Source: a candidate division FCPU426 bacterium (GTDB lineage Bacteria; Oederibacteriota; PGYV01; Palsa-1178). From it: a stretch of DNA of 64,000 nt. The position numbers and the translations under genes were made by a program. The stretch is from NCBI GenBank assembly GCA_963840035.1, contig CAWIXE010000003.1, positions 64,001 through 128,000 of the forward strand, read 5' to 3'. Below the pieces are notes generated by a model. The model worked only from the letters and a program-made list of their open reading frames with translations, searched no databases and was not told where the DNA came from. This document shows, piece after piece, positions 47,400 to 58,107 of the stretch. Position 1 is the stretch's first letter. The number at the start of each line of letters is the position of its first letter.

Positions 47400-48554
47400 A
47401 TGAGGAAAAAATACATCATGGCACCAGGCCCGACAGAAGTACCGGCAGATGTTTTAGTCGAAGCAGCAAAACCCGTAATGCACCACAGGACGCCGCAGTT
47501 CAGGAAGATCCTAACTGAAGTCCTGGACGGCATGAAGTACGTTCTCGGCACAACAAGGAATGTTTACCTTATGGCCTCTTCAGGAACAGGCGCCATGGAA
47601 ACAGCGATGGCAAACCTCGTTAACGCGGGCGATAAGATAATAGTAGGAACCATCGGCGCTTTCGGCGACAGGTGGGAAAACCTCGGAAAAGCATACGGCG
47701 CTACCATGGTAAAGATAGCCCCTGAGTGGGGATATGCCATAAAGCCGGAAGAGATCAAAAAGGCGCTCGACGCGAACCCGGACGCTACCGCGGTTTTTGT
47801 CCAGCTTAATGAAACATCAACGGGAGTATACAATGATATAGAAGCAATCGGTAAGATCGTAGCCGCCTCCAAAGCAGTCCTCGTGGTTGACGGCATATCC
47901 GGCATAGGAGCCCAGCCTTTCTACATGGACAAGTGGCTGGTCGACTGCATAGTGGTAGGATCGCAGAAAGGCTTAATGATACCGCCGGGGCTCGCTTACG
48001 TTGCCTGCAGCGAAAAAGCCTGGAAACTTGTGGAAACAAACAAGACACCTAAATTTTACTTTGACCTGAAAAGGTATGAGAAGGCCCTTACAAAGGAAAA
48101 AATGCCGGATACCCCGTGGACATCCGCCGTTTCCCTTATAATGCAGCAGGCTGTTGCGCTGCGCATGATAAAGGAAGAGACCAACGAGAAGATCTGGGAA
48201 CGCCACGCAATCCTTTCAAAATCAGTGCGCGAAGGCATTAAGGCGCTCGGCCTTGAGCTCTTCGCGAAAGAAAACCCGGCGGTAGTGCTGACATCGGTTG
48301 TCGCGCCGCAGGGCATAGACACAAAGGTCCTTATGAAAAAAATACGCGACGAGTACGGCATATCCATGGCAGGCGGACAGGGCAAGATGGAAGGCCTGAT
48401 ATTCAGGATAGGCACACTCGGGTATACGGACAGGTTTGACGCTGTGATGGGAATGGCCGCGACCGAAATGGCATTGAAAGACATGGGCGCGAACATCGAG
48501 ATAGGAAAAGGCGTAAAGAGGACGATGGAAGTACTGATGGCGGAGTATAAATAA
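47400..48554 (+). CDS. Class V aminotransferase (likely phosphoserine aminotransferase by context)
   Basis: PGPT, HHRT, NETSTG and GSQKG; directly upstream of serA. Confidence 0.88.
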   Translation: MRKKYIMAPGPTEVPADVLVEAAKPVMHHRTPQFRKILTEVLDGMKYVLGTTRNVYLMASSGTGAMETAMANLVNAGDKIIVGTIGAFGDRWENLGKAYGATMVKIAPEWGYAIKPEEIKKALDANPDATAVFVQLNETSTGVYNDIEAIGKIVAASKAVLVVDGISGIGAQPFYMDKWLVDCIVVGSQKGLMIPPGLAYVACSEKAWKLVETNKTPKFYFDLKRYEKALTKEKMPDTPWTSAVSLIMQQAVALRMIKEETNEKIWERHAILSKSVREGIKALGLELFAKENPAVVLTSVVAPQGIDTKVLMKKIRDEYGISMAGGQGKMEGLIFRIGTLGYTDRFDAVMGMAATEMALKDMGANIEIGKGVKRTMEVLMAEYK

Positions 48555-48582
48555 AAATCATGACCAATAGGGGAGGTATTAC

Positions 48583-50172
48583 ATGTACAAGATCCTTGTA
48601 AGCGACAAGCTCTCGGAAGACGCGATAAATATGATAAAGAACGAGAAGGATGTGGAGTGCACTGTGAAGACCGGCATGACAGAGGACCAGCTCGCGGAGG
48701 AGCTGCCGAACTATGACGCTCTCATCATAAGGAGCGCTTCCAAAGTGACGGCAAAGACCCTTGAGAAGGTAAAAAAGCTTAAAGTAATCGGCCGCGCGGG
48801 CGTTGGCGTTGATAACGTCGACATGCCGGCTGCCACGGCCAAGGGCGTTATCGTAATGAATACGCCTGACGCTAACACGCTCTCCACGGCAGAGCAGACC
48901 ATCACCCTTATCATGGGTATGGCAAGGAACCTGCCGCAGGCTGACGCTTCGCTTAAGGCAAAGAAATGGGAGCGCAATAAATTTACAGGCATAGAGCTTT
49001 ACGGCAAAACCCTGGGAGTAATAGGTTTGGGCAGGATAGGCGCGGAAGTATCCAAAAGGATGTCATCTTTCGGGATGAAGATTATCGGATATGACCCGTT
49101 TATAACAAAAGAAAAAGCGCAGGAGCTCGGCATAGAGACCATGTCTGTCGCAGAGGTAATTAAAAAGGCGGATATCATCACGTTCCACGTGCCCAAGAAC
49201 AAGGAAACCACGGGAATGATAGGAACAAAGGAAATAGCCACCATGAAAGACGGCGTAATGATAGTTAACTGCGCCAGGGGCGGCATTGTAGTGGAAAAAG
49301 ACCTGGCAGAAGCCTTAAAATCAGGCAAGGTTAAAAGGGCCGCGCTCGACGTATATGACAACGAACCGCCGTTTGACTCGGACCTTTTCACTGTGGACCC
49401 GTCGGTTATCATCATGGCCCCGCATCTGGGAGCCTCGACAATTGAAGCGCAGGAAAATGTCGGCAAGGTTATTGTGGAGCAGGTTATAGAGACCCTGCGC
49501 GGCGGCATGGTAAAGAACGCCCTGAACATACCGGCTGTGGACCCTGAAGTATTAAAGGAAATGCAGCCGTTCTTAAACTTAAACGACAAACTCGGCAAGT
49601 TCGCGGCCCAGCTTGTGGACGGCAACGTAAAATCAATCACCATAGAGTACAGCGGCGAGATAGCAAAGTACAACATGAAGTACATGACCATAGGCGCGGT
49701 AAAAGGGTTCCTTTCGCCGGCAATGGGCGACAGCGTGAACTTCGTTAACGCCATGCCCCTTGCCAAGGAGCGCGGCATAGCGGTAGTGGAAAAGACGAAC
49801 TCAGTGACCACTGACTACCCGAACCTGGTAAGCGTCACCGTAGAAACGGACAAGGACAAACGCAGCGTATACGGAAGCTTAACCATAAAGAAGGAAGCCA
49901 GGATAGTACAGGTTGACAAGTTTGAAGTGGAAATCGCGCCGGAGAAGAACATCATAGTTTACAAGAACAACGACAAGCCGGGCGTAATAGGCAGGATGGG
50001 AACAGTCCTGGGCTCAAACAACATCAACATAGCCTCCTTTGCCCTCGGCAGAAACAAAGAGGAAAAAGTGGCGCTCGGAGTAGTCACGGTCGACAACGAA
50101 GTGCCCAAGACAGTCATAGACTCGATAAAGAACATGGAAGACATCATAGAGGTAAAGTATATTACCCTCTAG
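48583..50172 (+). CDS. serA: D-3-phosphoglycerate dehydrogenase (ASB + ACT type)
   Basis: GRAGVGVDN, GLGRIG, PHLGAST and C-terminal ACT. Confidence 0.96.
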   Translation: MYKILVSDKLSEDAINMIKNEKDVECTVKTGMTEDQLAEELPNYDALIIRSASKVTAKTLEKVKKLKVIGRAGVGVDNVDMPAATAKGVIVMNTPDANTLSTAEQTITLIMGMARNLPQADASLKAKKWERNKFTGIELYGKTLGVIGLGRIGAEVSKRMSSFGMKIIGYDPFITKEKAQELGIETMSVAEVIKKADIITFHVPKNKETTGMIGTKEIATMKDGVMIVNCARGGIVVEKDLAEALKSGKVKRAALDVYDNEPPFDSDLFTVDPSVIIMAPHLGASTIEAQENVGKVIVEQVIETLRGGMVKNALNIPAVDPEVLKEMQPFLNLNDKLGKFAAQLVDGNVKSITIEYSGEIAKYNMKYMTIGAVKGFLSPAMGDSVNFVNAMPLAKERGIAVVEKTNSVTTDYPNLVSVTVETDKDKRSVYGSLTIKKEARIVQVDKFEVEIAPEKNIIVYKNNDKPGVIGRMGTVLGSNNINIASFALGRNKEEKVALGVVTVDNEVPKTVIDSIKNMEDIIEVKYITL

Positions 50173-50230
50173 AGACAAGAGATAAGAGACAAAAGACAGG
50201 AGGCGGGCAAAAATGCCCGCCTTTTTGTTT
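50171..50230 (+). terminator. One-armed heptamer array (AGAGACA x4) followed by an intrinsic terminator
   Basis: aggcgggca-aaaa-tgcccgcct followed by T run. Confidence 0.8.
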
Positions 50231-50256
50231 GTGTGGTTTGGCAATTGACGGATCTT

Positions 50257-50295
50257 CCCCCCTCTCCCTCTATGGGAGAGGGATGGGGTGAGGGT
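50257..50295 (-). repeat. CCCTCACCCC..CCCTCTCCC...GGGAGAGG-type REP-like element
   Basis: Reverse strand reads ACCCTCACCCCATCCCTCTCCCATAGAGGGAGAGGGGGG. Confidence 0.7.
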
Positions 50296-50452
50296 GCCGC
50301 AGCGGCACAAACTACTGCATTACCTCCAGTCATGTATGCCCGCCCGCACCGTGCCTGTTTAATATGTATTTAATTAACCCTACCTAATGTTAAACTTGAT
50401 TTTGGCAGTAGGGATGATAAGATGAATATATAAAGGATTGAAAGGGGAAATT

Positions 50453-51574
50453 ATGAAAACAATATTTTCTATCGTATTTTTCTTACTGTTTTTCTCAATT
50501 ACTGTCAATTCACTAGATATTGACACTATTTTTTCTGATGGAATAGCAGCCTTTAATGAGGGGAACTATAACAAAGCATTAGAATGTTTTGATGAAGTGG
50601 TTAAAATGGATCCGAAGAATCCTAGGGCATACGTATATCGTGGAATGGCAAAATGTGAATATGATCCCAAAACAGCAATTAAAGACCTTGACAAGGCTAT
50701 AACAATGAATCCATCAATATCAAAAGCATACTATGTACGGGCAAAAGCAAAATATCGATTGAGCGACATGGAAGGCGCTTTGATAGATTTAAATAAGGCA
50801 ATAGAACTTGATCCGGAAGATGCATCTCCTTATGTCGGCAGGGGTATTATCGAAGACAACTCTGGAAATTCAAAAGATGCACTTGCAGATTTTGAAAAAG
50901 CACTGAGTATTAATCCTGATAACGGAATGGCACATTTTAATATTGGAAATATTAAGGCGACTGCAGGAGACTACACTGCAGCAATTAAAAGTTTTAATGA
51001 GGCGATTAGGTTAGGCCCCCCTGAAGCTGACAAGTATATAAATCACGGGCGAGCAATGCAATCATTAGGCGATATTCAGGCGGCAATTTTTGATTTTAAT
51101 AAAGCAATTGAAATTAATTCGCAATCTAAGGAAGCATATATCTATCTTGGGAAAGCTTTAATGATATTTGGAAATAGCAGCAAGGCGTTGGAATGTGCTA
51201 ATAAAGTCATAAAACTAGATCCAAGCAGTGCTGAGGGCTATTGCATGAGAGCATACATTGAGAATTTAATGTTAAATGGTAATGCCGCGATTAGGGATTG
51301 TAATAAAGCTGTGGATAACGATCCAAAATATTTTGCTAGTTACAACCAAAGAGCCATAGCATTAGTTAGTTTGGGGAGGTATAAAGACGCTATACCTGAT
51401 TACAATAAAATGCTTGAATTTTATTTAGATGATAAAGTTAAGGCGACAATACTCAATAAACGCGGAATTGCCAAAAGGCACTACGGAGACATAGCGGGTT
51501 CGGAAGAAGATATTGTTGAGGCAAGATCTTTAGGTTATGATGGGACAGATACGGACCTATATGTGTGGTTTTAA
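50453..51574 (+). CDS. Exported TPR protein, AT-rich
   Basis: Signal peptide; about 10 TPRs; A/T-ending codons dominate. Confidence 0.85.
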   Translation: MKTIFSIVFFLLFFSITVNSLDIDTIFSDGIAAFNEGNYNKALECFDEVVKMDPKNPRAYVYRGMAKCEYDPKTAIKDLDKAITMNPSISKAYYVRAKAKYRLSDMEGALIDLNKAIELDPEDASPYVGRGIIEDNSGNSKDALADFEKALSINPDNGMAHFNIGNIKATAGDYTAAIKSFNEAIRLGPPEADKYINHGRAMQSLGDIQAAIFDFNKAIEINSQSKEAYIYLGKALMIFGNSSKALECANKVIKLDPSSAEGYCMRAYIENLMLNGNAAIRDCNKAVDNDPKYFASYNQRAIALVSLGRYKDAIPDYNKMLEFYLDDKVKATILNKRGIAKRHYGDIAGSEEDIVEARSLGYDGTDTDLYVWF

Positions 51575-51834
51575 AAAGGTTTTTTATATTTCCAAAATAT
51601 ATATAATAATTGAAATTGATAATACGAAAACGTTACATTAAAACTATTACTTTTACATGATAGTTTATACTACAAATTATAGGCAGCTACATAAACAGTT
51701 CAATTTTTACCATCGGGACATCTCATTTACCCTTGCCAAAACAGAAGTTTTGCTATATCATTATTAGGCATCTGAGACCTTTTTCAGCAATCTCAAATCT
51801 CAAATGCAAATATACTACGAAACGAGGTACATTT

Positions 51835-53115
51835 ATGTCCGCAGACGTTATTTTAGGAGCGCAGTGGGGCGATGAAGGCAAAGGCAAAATAGTGGATTTA
51901 TTCGCGGAAAAATACGATGTCATAGTGCGTTATCAGGGCGGGGCAAACGCCGGGCACACTGTAATCGTCGGAAAAGAAAAATATGTCATGCACCTGCTTC
52001 CTTCAGGAGTGCTTCATAAGGGCAAGATGAATATAATCGGACACGGAGTGGTCCTGGACATGGAAGAGCTGGTTAAGGAAATAGACGGCCTGAAAAAAAG
52101 GGGCATATCCATCACGCCTAAGAACCTTTTAATAAGCGAAAATACCGCCATAGTATTGCCTTACCACAAGATGATAGATAAAGCCAAAGAAGCAAAGAAA
52201 GCAGGGGATAAAAAGATAGGAACTACAGGCAGGGGCATAGGCCCGGCTTATACGGACAAATATGTCAGGACAGGCGTGCGCCTGCGTGATGTATTTAACG
52301 CGGAAGTATTAAAGGCAAAGATCGAGGAAAACCTCGAGGAAAAGAACTTCCTGCTGAAAAATTTCTATGGTGACAAGGAAATATCGGCGGCAGAGGTCAT
52401 AGCGCAGACAGAAAAATTCGCGAAAGAACTCAAGCCTTACATGGCAAACACGGTAAGGGTTATCAATGACCTGCTAAATAAAGGCAAGAAAGTCCTCTTT
52501 GAAGGCGCACAGGGCGCCCTGCTTGACATAGATTTTGGAACCTATCCCTACGTGACTTCGTCTAATCCTACGATAGGCGGGGTAATGACCGGCGCGGGAG
52601 TCTCGCACAGGCATATTAAAAAAGTATGGGGCATTACAAAAGCCTATCAGACCAGGGTCGGCAACGGGCCTTTCCCGACAGAGATGGAAGAGAAAACAGG
52701 CGCTAAGACCAGGGAAGCTGGCGGCGAGTACGGCGCTACCACCGGCAGGCCCAGGCGCTGCGGCTGGCTCGACCTTGTGGCGCTTAAATACGTGGCTGAG
52801 CTCAACGGTTTGACAGACATCCTACTTACAAAAATAGACGTGCTTTCCATATTTGACGAGATAAAGGTCTGCACGCAGTATATTTACAAGGGGAAGAAGA
52901 CAGACGCGTTTGTATCAGACGGCGAGGAACTGTATACGTGCAAGCCGGTATATGTGACTTTAAAGGGCTGGAAGAAGGATATTACAAAGGCCCGCAAGTC
53001 CAAGGACCTTCCGAAGGAAGCGAAGGCATACATAAAATTCATAGAAAAGTACATGGGAGTGAATGTATCCATTGTGTCAGTAGGGCCTGAGAGGGACCAG
53101 ATACTTAATAACTGA
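51835..53115 (+). CDS. purA: Adenylosuccinate synthetase
   Basis: GAQWGDEGKGK, GTTGRGIGP and GATTGRPRRCGW. Confidence 0.98.
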   Translation: MSADVILGAQWGDEGKGKIVDLFAEKYDVIVRYQGGANAGHTVIVGKEKYVMHLLPSGVLHKGKMNIIGHGVVLDMEELVKEIDGLKKRGISITPKNLLISENTAIVLPYHKMIDKAKEAKKAGDKKIGTTGRGIGPAYTDKYVRTGVRLRDVFNAEVLKAKIEENLEEKNFLLKNFYGDKEISAAEVIAQTEKFAKELKPYMANTVRVINDLLNKGKKVLFEGAQGALLDIDFGTYPYVTSSNPTIGGVMTGAGVSHRHIKKVWGITKAYQTRVGNGPFPTEMEEKTGAKTREAGGEYGATTGRPRRCGWLDLVALKYVAELNGLTDILLTKIDVLSIFDEIKVCTQYIYKGKKTDAFVSDGEELYTCKPVYVTLKGWKKDITKARKSKDLPKEAKAYIKFIEKYMGVNVSIVSVGPERDQILNN

Positions 53116-53208
53116 AAACAGCCATTGTTTGTCATAAAAGCAATACGCGAAGGGCAGAGGCCGTATTTGGCATATAAGGGGCGCAAGCTGCTGTTTTAAG
53201 GAGCGGGT

Positions 53209-54051
53209 ATGGTTAAAATCAATTTTAATTTAACACAATACAAAGTATTGATATTTTTCTTTTCCCTGGCCATGGTTTTATTAATTGGCCATATCGACTC
53301 CATAACCGGCAAGGAAATTTCAGTCACCACATTCTACCTTATTCCCGTTTCAATCGCAGCCTGGTATGTCGGCCCCAAAACAGGTTATTTAATTTCGCTG
53401 CTTTCAACTGTCGTATGGTTCCTGGCGGATGTGGTCGCCGGCGCCAGCTACACTCACTTTCTCATACCTTTCTGGAATGGGGTAGGCATACTGTTCTTTT
53501 TCACCGGTTCAGTTTATCTTTTAGTGTATCTTAAGAAAGAGATCCAGACGCAGAAACAGCTTGCCATGGAGGATTTTCTCACAAAAGTATCCAATGGCCG
53601 CGCCTTTTATAATTACGCGAAGATCGAACTCAGCAGGATACAAAGGTATGACAGCCCGCTTACGCTTGTTTACCTGGACCTTGATAATTTCAAGGCGATA
53701 AATGACAGTCTCGGACATGCGGTGGGAGACAGGCTTCTTTATACGGTGGCCCATACCATCAGGACCAACATCAGGCTCACTGACGCGGTGGCCCGCCTTG
53801 GCGGGGATGAATTTGCCATACTGCTTCCGTCCATGGATTTCAAGGCCACACCGGCGTTTGTAAACAAGATAAGGGAGAGCGTGGACCATGAAATGAAAAA
53901 AAACAACTGGCCCGTGTCCTTAAGCGCGGGCGTTGTGACTTATATGAAGGCGCCGGATAATGTGGATGAGATGATAAAGCTGGCGGACAACCTTATGTAT
54001 ACGGTAAAAAAACAGGGCAAAAATGACGTCAAATATATTGTGTATGATTAA
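53209..54051 (+). CDS. Membrane diguanylate cyclase
   Basis: Four TM helices; DLDNFK and RLGGDEF. Confidence 0.92.
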   Translation: MVKINFNLTQYKVLIFFFSLAMVLLIGHIDSITGKEISVTTFYLIPVSIAAWYVGPKTGYLISLLSTVVWFLADVVAGASYTHFLIPFWNGVGILFFFTGSVYLLVYLKKEIQTQKQLAMEDFLTKVSNGRAFYNYAKIELSRIQRYDSPLTLVYLDLDNFKAINDSLGHAVGDRLLYTVAHTIRTNIRLTDAVARLGGDEFAILLPSMDFKATPAFVNKIRESVDHEMKKNNWPVSLSAGVVTYMKAPDNVDEMIKLADNLMYTVKKQGKNDVKYIVYD

Positions 54052-54077
54052 ACCTATGGGATATAAAAAGGAGATGT

Positions 54078-54893
54078 ATGTTTAAAAAAATAATGATATT
54101 TCTGGCGCTGATAGCGGTTTCCGCCGGTATAGGCTATGCTGACCTGTTAACCGGCCAGGAAATACTGCTTACTGTATTTTATCTGATACCAATATCCATC
54201 GCGGCCTGGTTCCTCGGCGCGAAATACGGCATATCACTTTCTTTCCTGTCGGCCGGGTTGTGGTATTACACCGAGTCAACCGCGGGAAGGGAGTATTCAA
54301 GCGCGCTCATACTGTACTGGGACACGGTTGTTTTGGCAATTTTCTTTATTGTTGTCGCATACCTGCTGGGAATGATAAAAAAACTGTTAAAAGAAGAGCG
54401 GGAAATTTCCCGTACGGATTATTTGACGGGACTCTCAAACAGGCGGTATTTTTTTGAGGCTGTCGAAGCGGAGATAGGCAGGAGCAGCAGGGCTGAGTCG
54501 CCTTTTACCATAGCGTACATAGACGCGGATAATTTTAAGAACGTAAACGACACGCTGGGGCATCACGCGGGGGACAGGGTTTTAATCGCGGCAGCGGAAG
54601 TGCTGAAAAAACACATACGCAAAATGGACGCCGCAGCAAGGCTTGGCGGCGATGAATTCGCGCTGCTTTTGCCGACAGCGGGCAGCGGCGATTCCAAGAT
54701 CATACTTGATAAAATCATGGGTTCGTTAAGGGAAGAAATGAACAGATCCGGGTTTCCCGTGACTTTTTCCGTGGGCGTCATAGCGTTTAAACAGTTCCCC
54801 GGAAGCGCTGATAACGCGGTTAAAATGGCTGACTCGCTCATGTATGAAGTAAAAAAAGAAGGAAAAAATAACGCAAAGTTTTCCGTGTTTTAG
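54078..54893 (+). CDS. Membrane diguanylate cyclase (paralog of the preceding gene)
   Basis: Same architecture; FYLIP.SIAAW and RLGGDEF. Confidence 0.92.
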   Translation: MFKKIMIFLALIAVSAGIGYADLLTGQEILLTVFYLIPISIAAWFLGAKYGISLSFLSAGLWYYTESTAGREYSSALILYWDTVVLAIFFIVVAYLLGMIKKLLKEEREISRTDYLTGLSNRRYFFEAVEAEIGRSSRAESPFTIAYIDADNFKNVNDTLGHHAGDRVLIAAAEVLKKHIRKMDAAARLGGDEFALLLPTAGSGDSKIILDKIMGSLREEMNRSGFPVTFSVGVIAFKQFPGSADNAVKMADSLMYEVKKEGKNNAKFSVF

Positions 54894-54900
54894 GCAACAA

Positions 54901-55704
54901 ATGAAAATAATTGATTTCCATACCCATTTTTATACAGGTGAAAGAACACAGGACGCCAGGGATTACCTGGTCAGGGAAGGTTATATCCTTAATACCCCTG
55001 ACGGAGGGCTTGACGGCCTGAAAAAATTCATGAAGGAAGATTCCGTTGATTTCTGCGTTAACCTGCCTGTGGCTGCCGCCCCTGATGCCGTAAAGCCCAT
55101 AAACCGCAGGGCCATAGAGTATAACGCGCGGGAAAAGGGAATAATAAGTTTCGGCGCGGTACATCCGGGCATGGAAGCGGTTACCGATGAACTTGATTAT
55201 ATATCGAAGAATGGCATTAAAGGCATAAAAATCCATCCGCAGGAACAGGGATTTTTTCCGGATGATGAATCCATGAAAAGTGTTTATTCATTCTGCGAAA
55301 ACAAAGGCATAGTTGTCATAGCCCACGCCGGCGCCGGAGCTGAGGCTGATTTTGATAAAAAAACCATAAAAGGCACGCCTGAAAGGTTCAGGGGCGTTAT
55401 TGATTCATACCCGGCCTTAAAGCTGGTTGTGGCGCATATGGGAGGCCTGCAGATGTGGAAAGAGGCCGCAAAACACCTCGTTGGAACTAGAACATATGTT
55501 GATACGGCTTACTGCACGATAATGGATGACGGCTTATTAAGGGAGATGATATATGGCTTCGGGGCTGATAAAACATTATTTGGCACCGACTTCCCGTGGC
55601 AGAGGCAGAACATTACTTTCGATAAAGTGAAAAAGGCCGTAAAGACAGAAAATGACCTCGAAATGATAACGAACAAAAACGCTTCCGCGCTGCTGGGGAT
55701 ATAG
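54901..55704 (+). CDS. Amidohydrolase_2 family metal-dependent hydrolase
   Basis: DFHTH, GIKIHP, AHMGG and FGTDFP. Confidence 0.9.
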   Translation: MKIIDFHTHFYTGERTQDARDYLVREGYILNTPDGGLDGLKKFMKEDSVDFCVNLPVAAAPDAVKPINRRAIEYNAREKGIISFGAVHPGMEAVTDELDYISKNGIKGIKIHPQEQGFFPDDESMKSVYSFCENKGIVVIAHAGAGAEADFDKKTIKGTPERFRGVIDSYPALKLVVAHMGGLQMWKEAAKHLVGTRTYVDTAYCTIMDDGLLREMIYGFGADKTLFGTDFPWQRQNITFDKVKKAVKTENDLEMITNKNASALLGI

Positions 55705-55708
55705 CGGT

Positions 55709-57437
55709 ATGCTGCCCGAAGGCAAATGCCTCTTTTTTCACACATCGCAGGGGAATAAAAGAAAGTCTTATCTTTTTACAAAACCAGAAAAAACAATCAT
55801 ATGCAAAAACCCCTCCGGGCTTGCAGGCGCGCTGGCTGAAGTTCAGGCGGCTGTGGATAAAGGCTTTTACGCGGCCGGATTTATGGCGTATGAAGCCGGA
55901 TATAGCATCCTGCCAAGGGCGGGAAAACCGCGCGAAGAGGCCGGGCCGCTGCTTAATTTTGGGATATATAAAAAGCCTTATGTGTATAATGAGCTTGATT
56001 TAAACGGGAACGGCGGATGTGAAAATATCAGGCCTTCGCTGACGCTTAAAGCCTACACTAATAAATTCAACCGCATTAAAAAATTAATTTCAGCGGGCGA
56101 GGTCTATCAGGTAAATGAATGTTTTAAAGTGAGTTTTAAGACGGATACCGACCCGCAGAAACTTTTTGAATCGCTCTGTTTAAGGCAAAAGACGGAATAT
56201 TCAGCGTATATAAATGACGGAAAGAATATTTACATGTCCTTTTCGCCGGAACTATTCTTTAAGCTCGATGGCAGGGACATCACCATGAAACCCATGAAAG
56301 GCACGCTGCTTAAGCCGTGCGGCAGGCAGGCCCTTGATAGGTTTAAAGACTGCTCCAAAACGTCGGCGGAGAATATAATGATAGTGGACCTTATAAGGAA
56401 TGACCTTGGCAGGATATGCTCTGTAAACAGCGTTAAAACAAGCGGACTTTTTGATGTGGAAGAATTTGACACCCTGTATCAGATGACGTCCACTGTTAAG
56501 GGAAAACTAAAGCAGGGAACAGGGCTAACTGAAATCATGGCGGCTGTTTTCCCGTCAGGATCGGTAACCGGGGCACCCAAACTGCGCGCCATGCAGGTTA
56601 TACGGCAGACTGAGGATGAAGACAGGGGCTTATATACAGGCGCGATAGGGTTTATATCCCCGCGTATGAAAAAAGCAATATTCAGCATCCCGATAAGGAC
56701 CGCGGTAATAAAGGGGCCAAAAAGGGGAAATGGGCATAGGAAGCGGCATAGTGCATGATTCAAAAGCCGGCGATGAATACGCGGAATGCCTTGGCAAGGC
56801 CGCGTTTCTAAAAGAAGACTTCAAACTTATCGAATCCCTCTTATTTGAAAACGGAAAGTATTCCCTCTTTGAAAATCATGTCGCGAGGATGGCAAAATCA
56901 GCCGCGTATTTCAGGTTCCCGGTGACGGCCGCGGACATCAGGCTTTCCCTGGAGAAGTATTCCAAAAAACTCAACAAAAAGAAATTATTCAAGGTCAGAC
57001 TGCTTGCGTCAGCCGGCGGAAGGCTTCATGTTGAGTCTGAAAAAATAGTAAATACCCCGGAGTTTTCAGGCAAACTGATTATTTCAAAAACAACAACAAA
57101 TTCCGGGGATATATTCCTGCGCCATAAGACCACAAAGAGGCGGGTGTACGACGGCGAGTATGATGAATGCGTTAAAAAAGGTTTTTTTGACGTTGTGTTT
57201 TTTAACGAAAAAGGGGAAATCACAGAGGCGCACAGCTCCAATATTTTTCTTGAAAAGAACGGGATACTTTATACCCCTCCGGTTGAGTGCGGCCTGCTTC
57301 CCGGCACATACAGGGAATATCTTCTCGCGCAGGGCGGAAAATACAGGGAAAAGGTACTGCGCTTAAACGACCTTAAAAAGGCCGACAGGATATGGATATG
57401 CAATTCCGTACGCGGCATGAGGGAGGTATATGTATAA
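55709..57437 (+). pseudogene. pabB: PabB-PabC fusion interrupted by a one-base frameshift near 56712-56729 (ORFs 55709-56758 and 56730-57437)
   Basis: AENIMIVDLIRNDL and GSVTGAPK; the conserved IRT...GIGSGIV.DS motif is split across frames; class IV aminotransferase-like HKTT and GLLPG motifs follow. Confidence 0.8.
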
Positions 57438-57913
57438 TGCGTGTCGTTGAAATGGTGGATTCGGACAGGGACCACATACGCAACATTGTCAGGCAGTGGG
57501 GGGATGATTTCATACTTTCCCGCGGCCGGAAAATATACCCGTTTTTAGGAAGGGGATTCATAGCTGAAAACGACAAAGGCGAGGCCGTCGGCGTGGCAAC
57601 ATATGAGATAAATGGCGGGGAATGCGAACTTACCCTCATTGAGGTCATAGAAAAAAGGTCCGGAGCTGGTTCCATGCTGGTGGATTATGTCATGAAAGCC
57701 GCGAAATTTGCCGGGTGCAAGAGGCTCTGGCTGGTAACGACAAACAACAACCTGGATGCCATGAAATTTTATGAGAAACTGGGGTTTGTTCAAAAAGCGG
57801 TTTATCCGGGAGCGATAACAGAAGCCAGAGTAATTAAACCTTCGATACCTTTAACGGACAAGGATGGGGTGGAAATAAAGGACGAAGTTGAATACGAGAG
57901 GCAATTACTATAA
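57437..57913 (+). CDS. GNAT N-acetyltransferase
   Basis: GAGSML and LWLVTTNNNLDAMKFYEKLGF; TAATG overlap with the previous gene. Confidence 0.88.
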   Translation: MRVVEMVDSDRDHIRNIVRQWGDDFILSRGRKIYPFLGRGFIAENDKGEAVGVATYEINGGECELTLIEVIEKRSGAGSMLVDYVMKAAKFAGCKRLWLVTTNNNLDAMKFYEKLGFVQKAVYPGAITEARVIKPSIPLTDKDGVEIKDEVEYERQLL

Positions 57914-57938
57914 TTAGGAAAAATTAAAGTGTCTAGTT

Positions 57939-58051
57939 TGTCATTGCGAGGAGCCGAATTTGTTTTATGGCGACGAAGCAATCTCGTTTGAGCTCTCAAA
58001 CAACAAGATTGCTTCGTCGGCAGACTGCTAAATCGCCTCCTCGCAATGACA
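57939..58051. repeat. TGTCATTGCGAG family REP, opposite orientation
   Basis: Arms GAGGAGCCG / CGCCTCCTCGC are swapped relative to copy 1. Confidence 0.9.
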
Positions 58052-58058
58052 GGCTAAA

Positions 58059-58104
58059 TAATAATAAAAAAGGAGCGGTTTTTGCCGCTCCTTTTTTATT
58101 ATTA
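58059..58104. terminator. Bidirectional intrinsic terminator
   Basis: aataataaaaaaggagcgg...ccgctccttttttattatt between convergent genes. Confidence 0.85.
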
Positions 58105-58107
58105 TGT

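Noticed and set aside
51733..51834. N-terminal extensions in the ORF track for purA, aroQ, def, rnhB, GNAT and fumarase alpha
   Set aside because: Downstream starts have an RBS or gene overlap and match the normal family N-termini.
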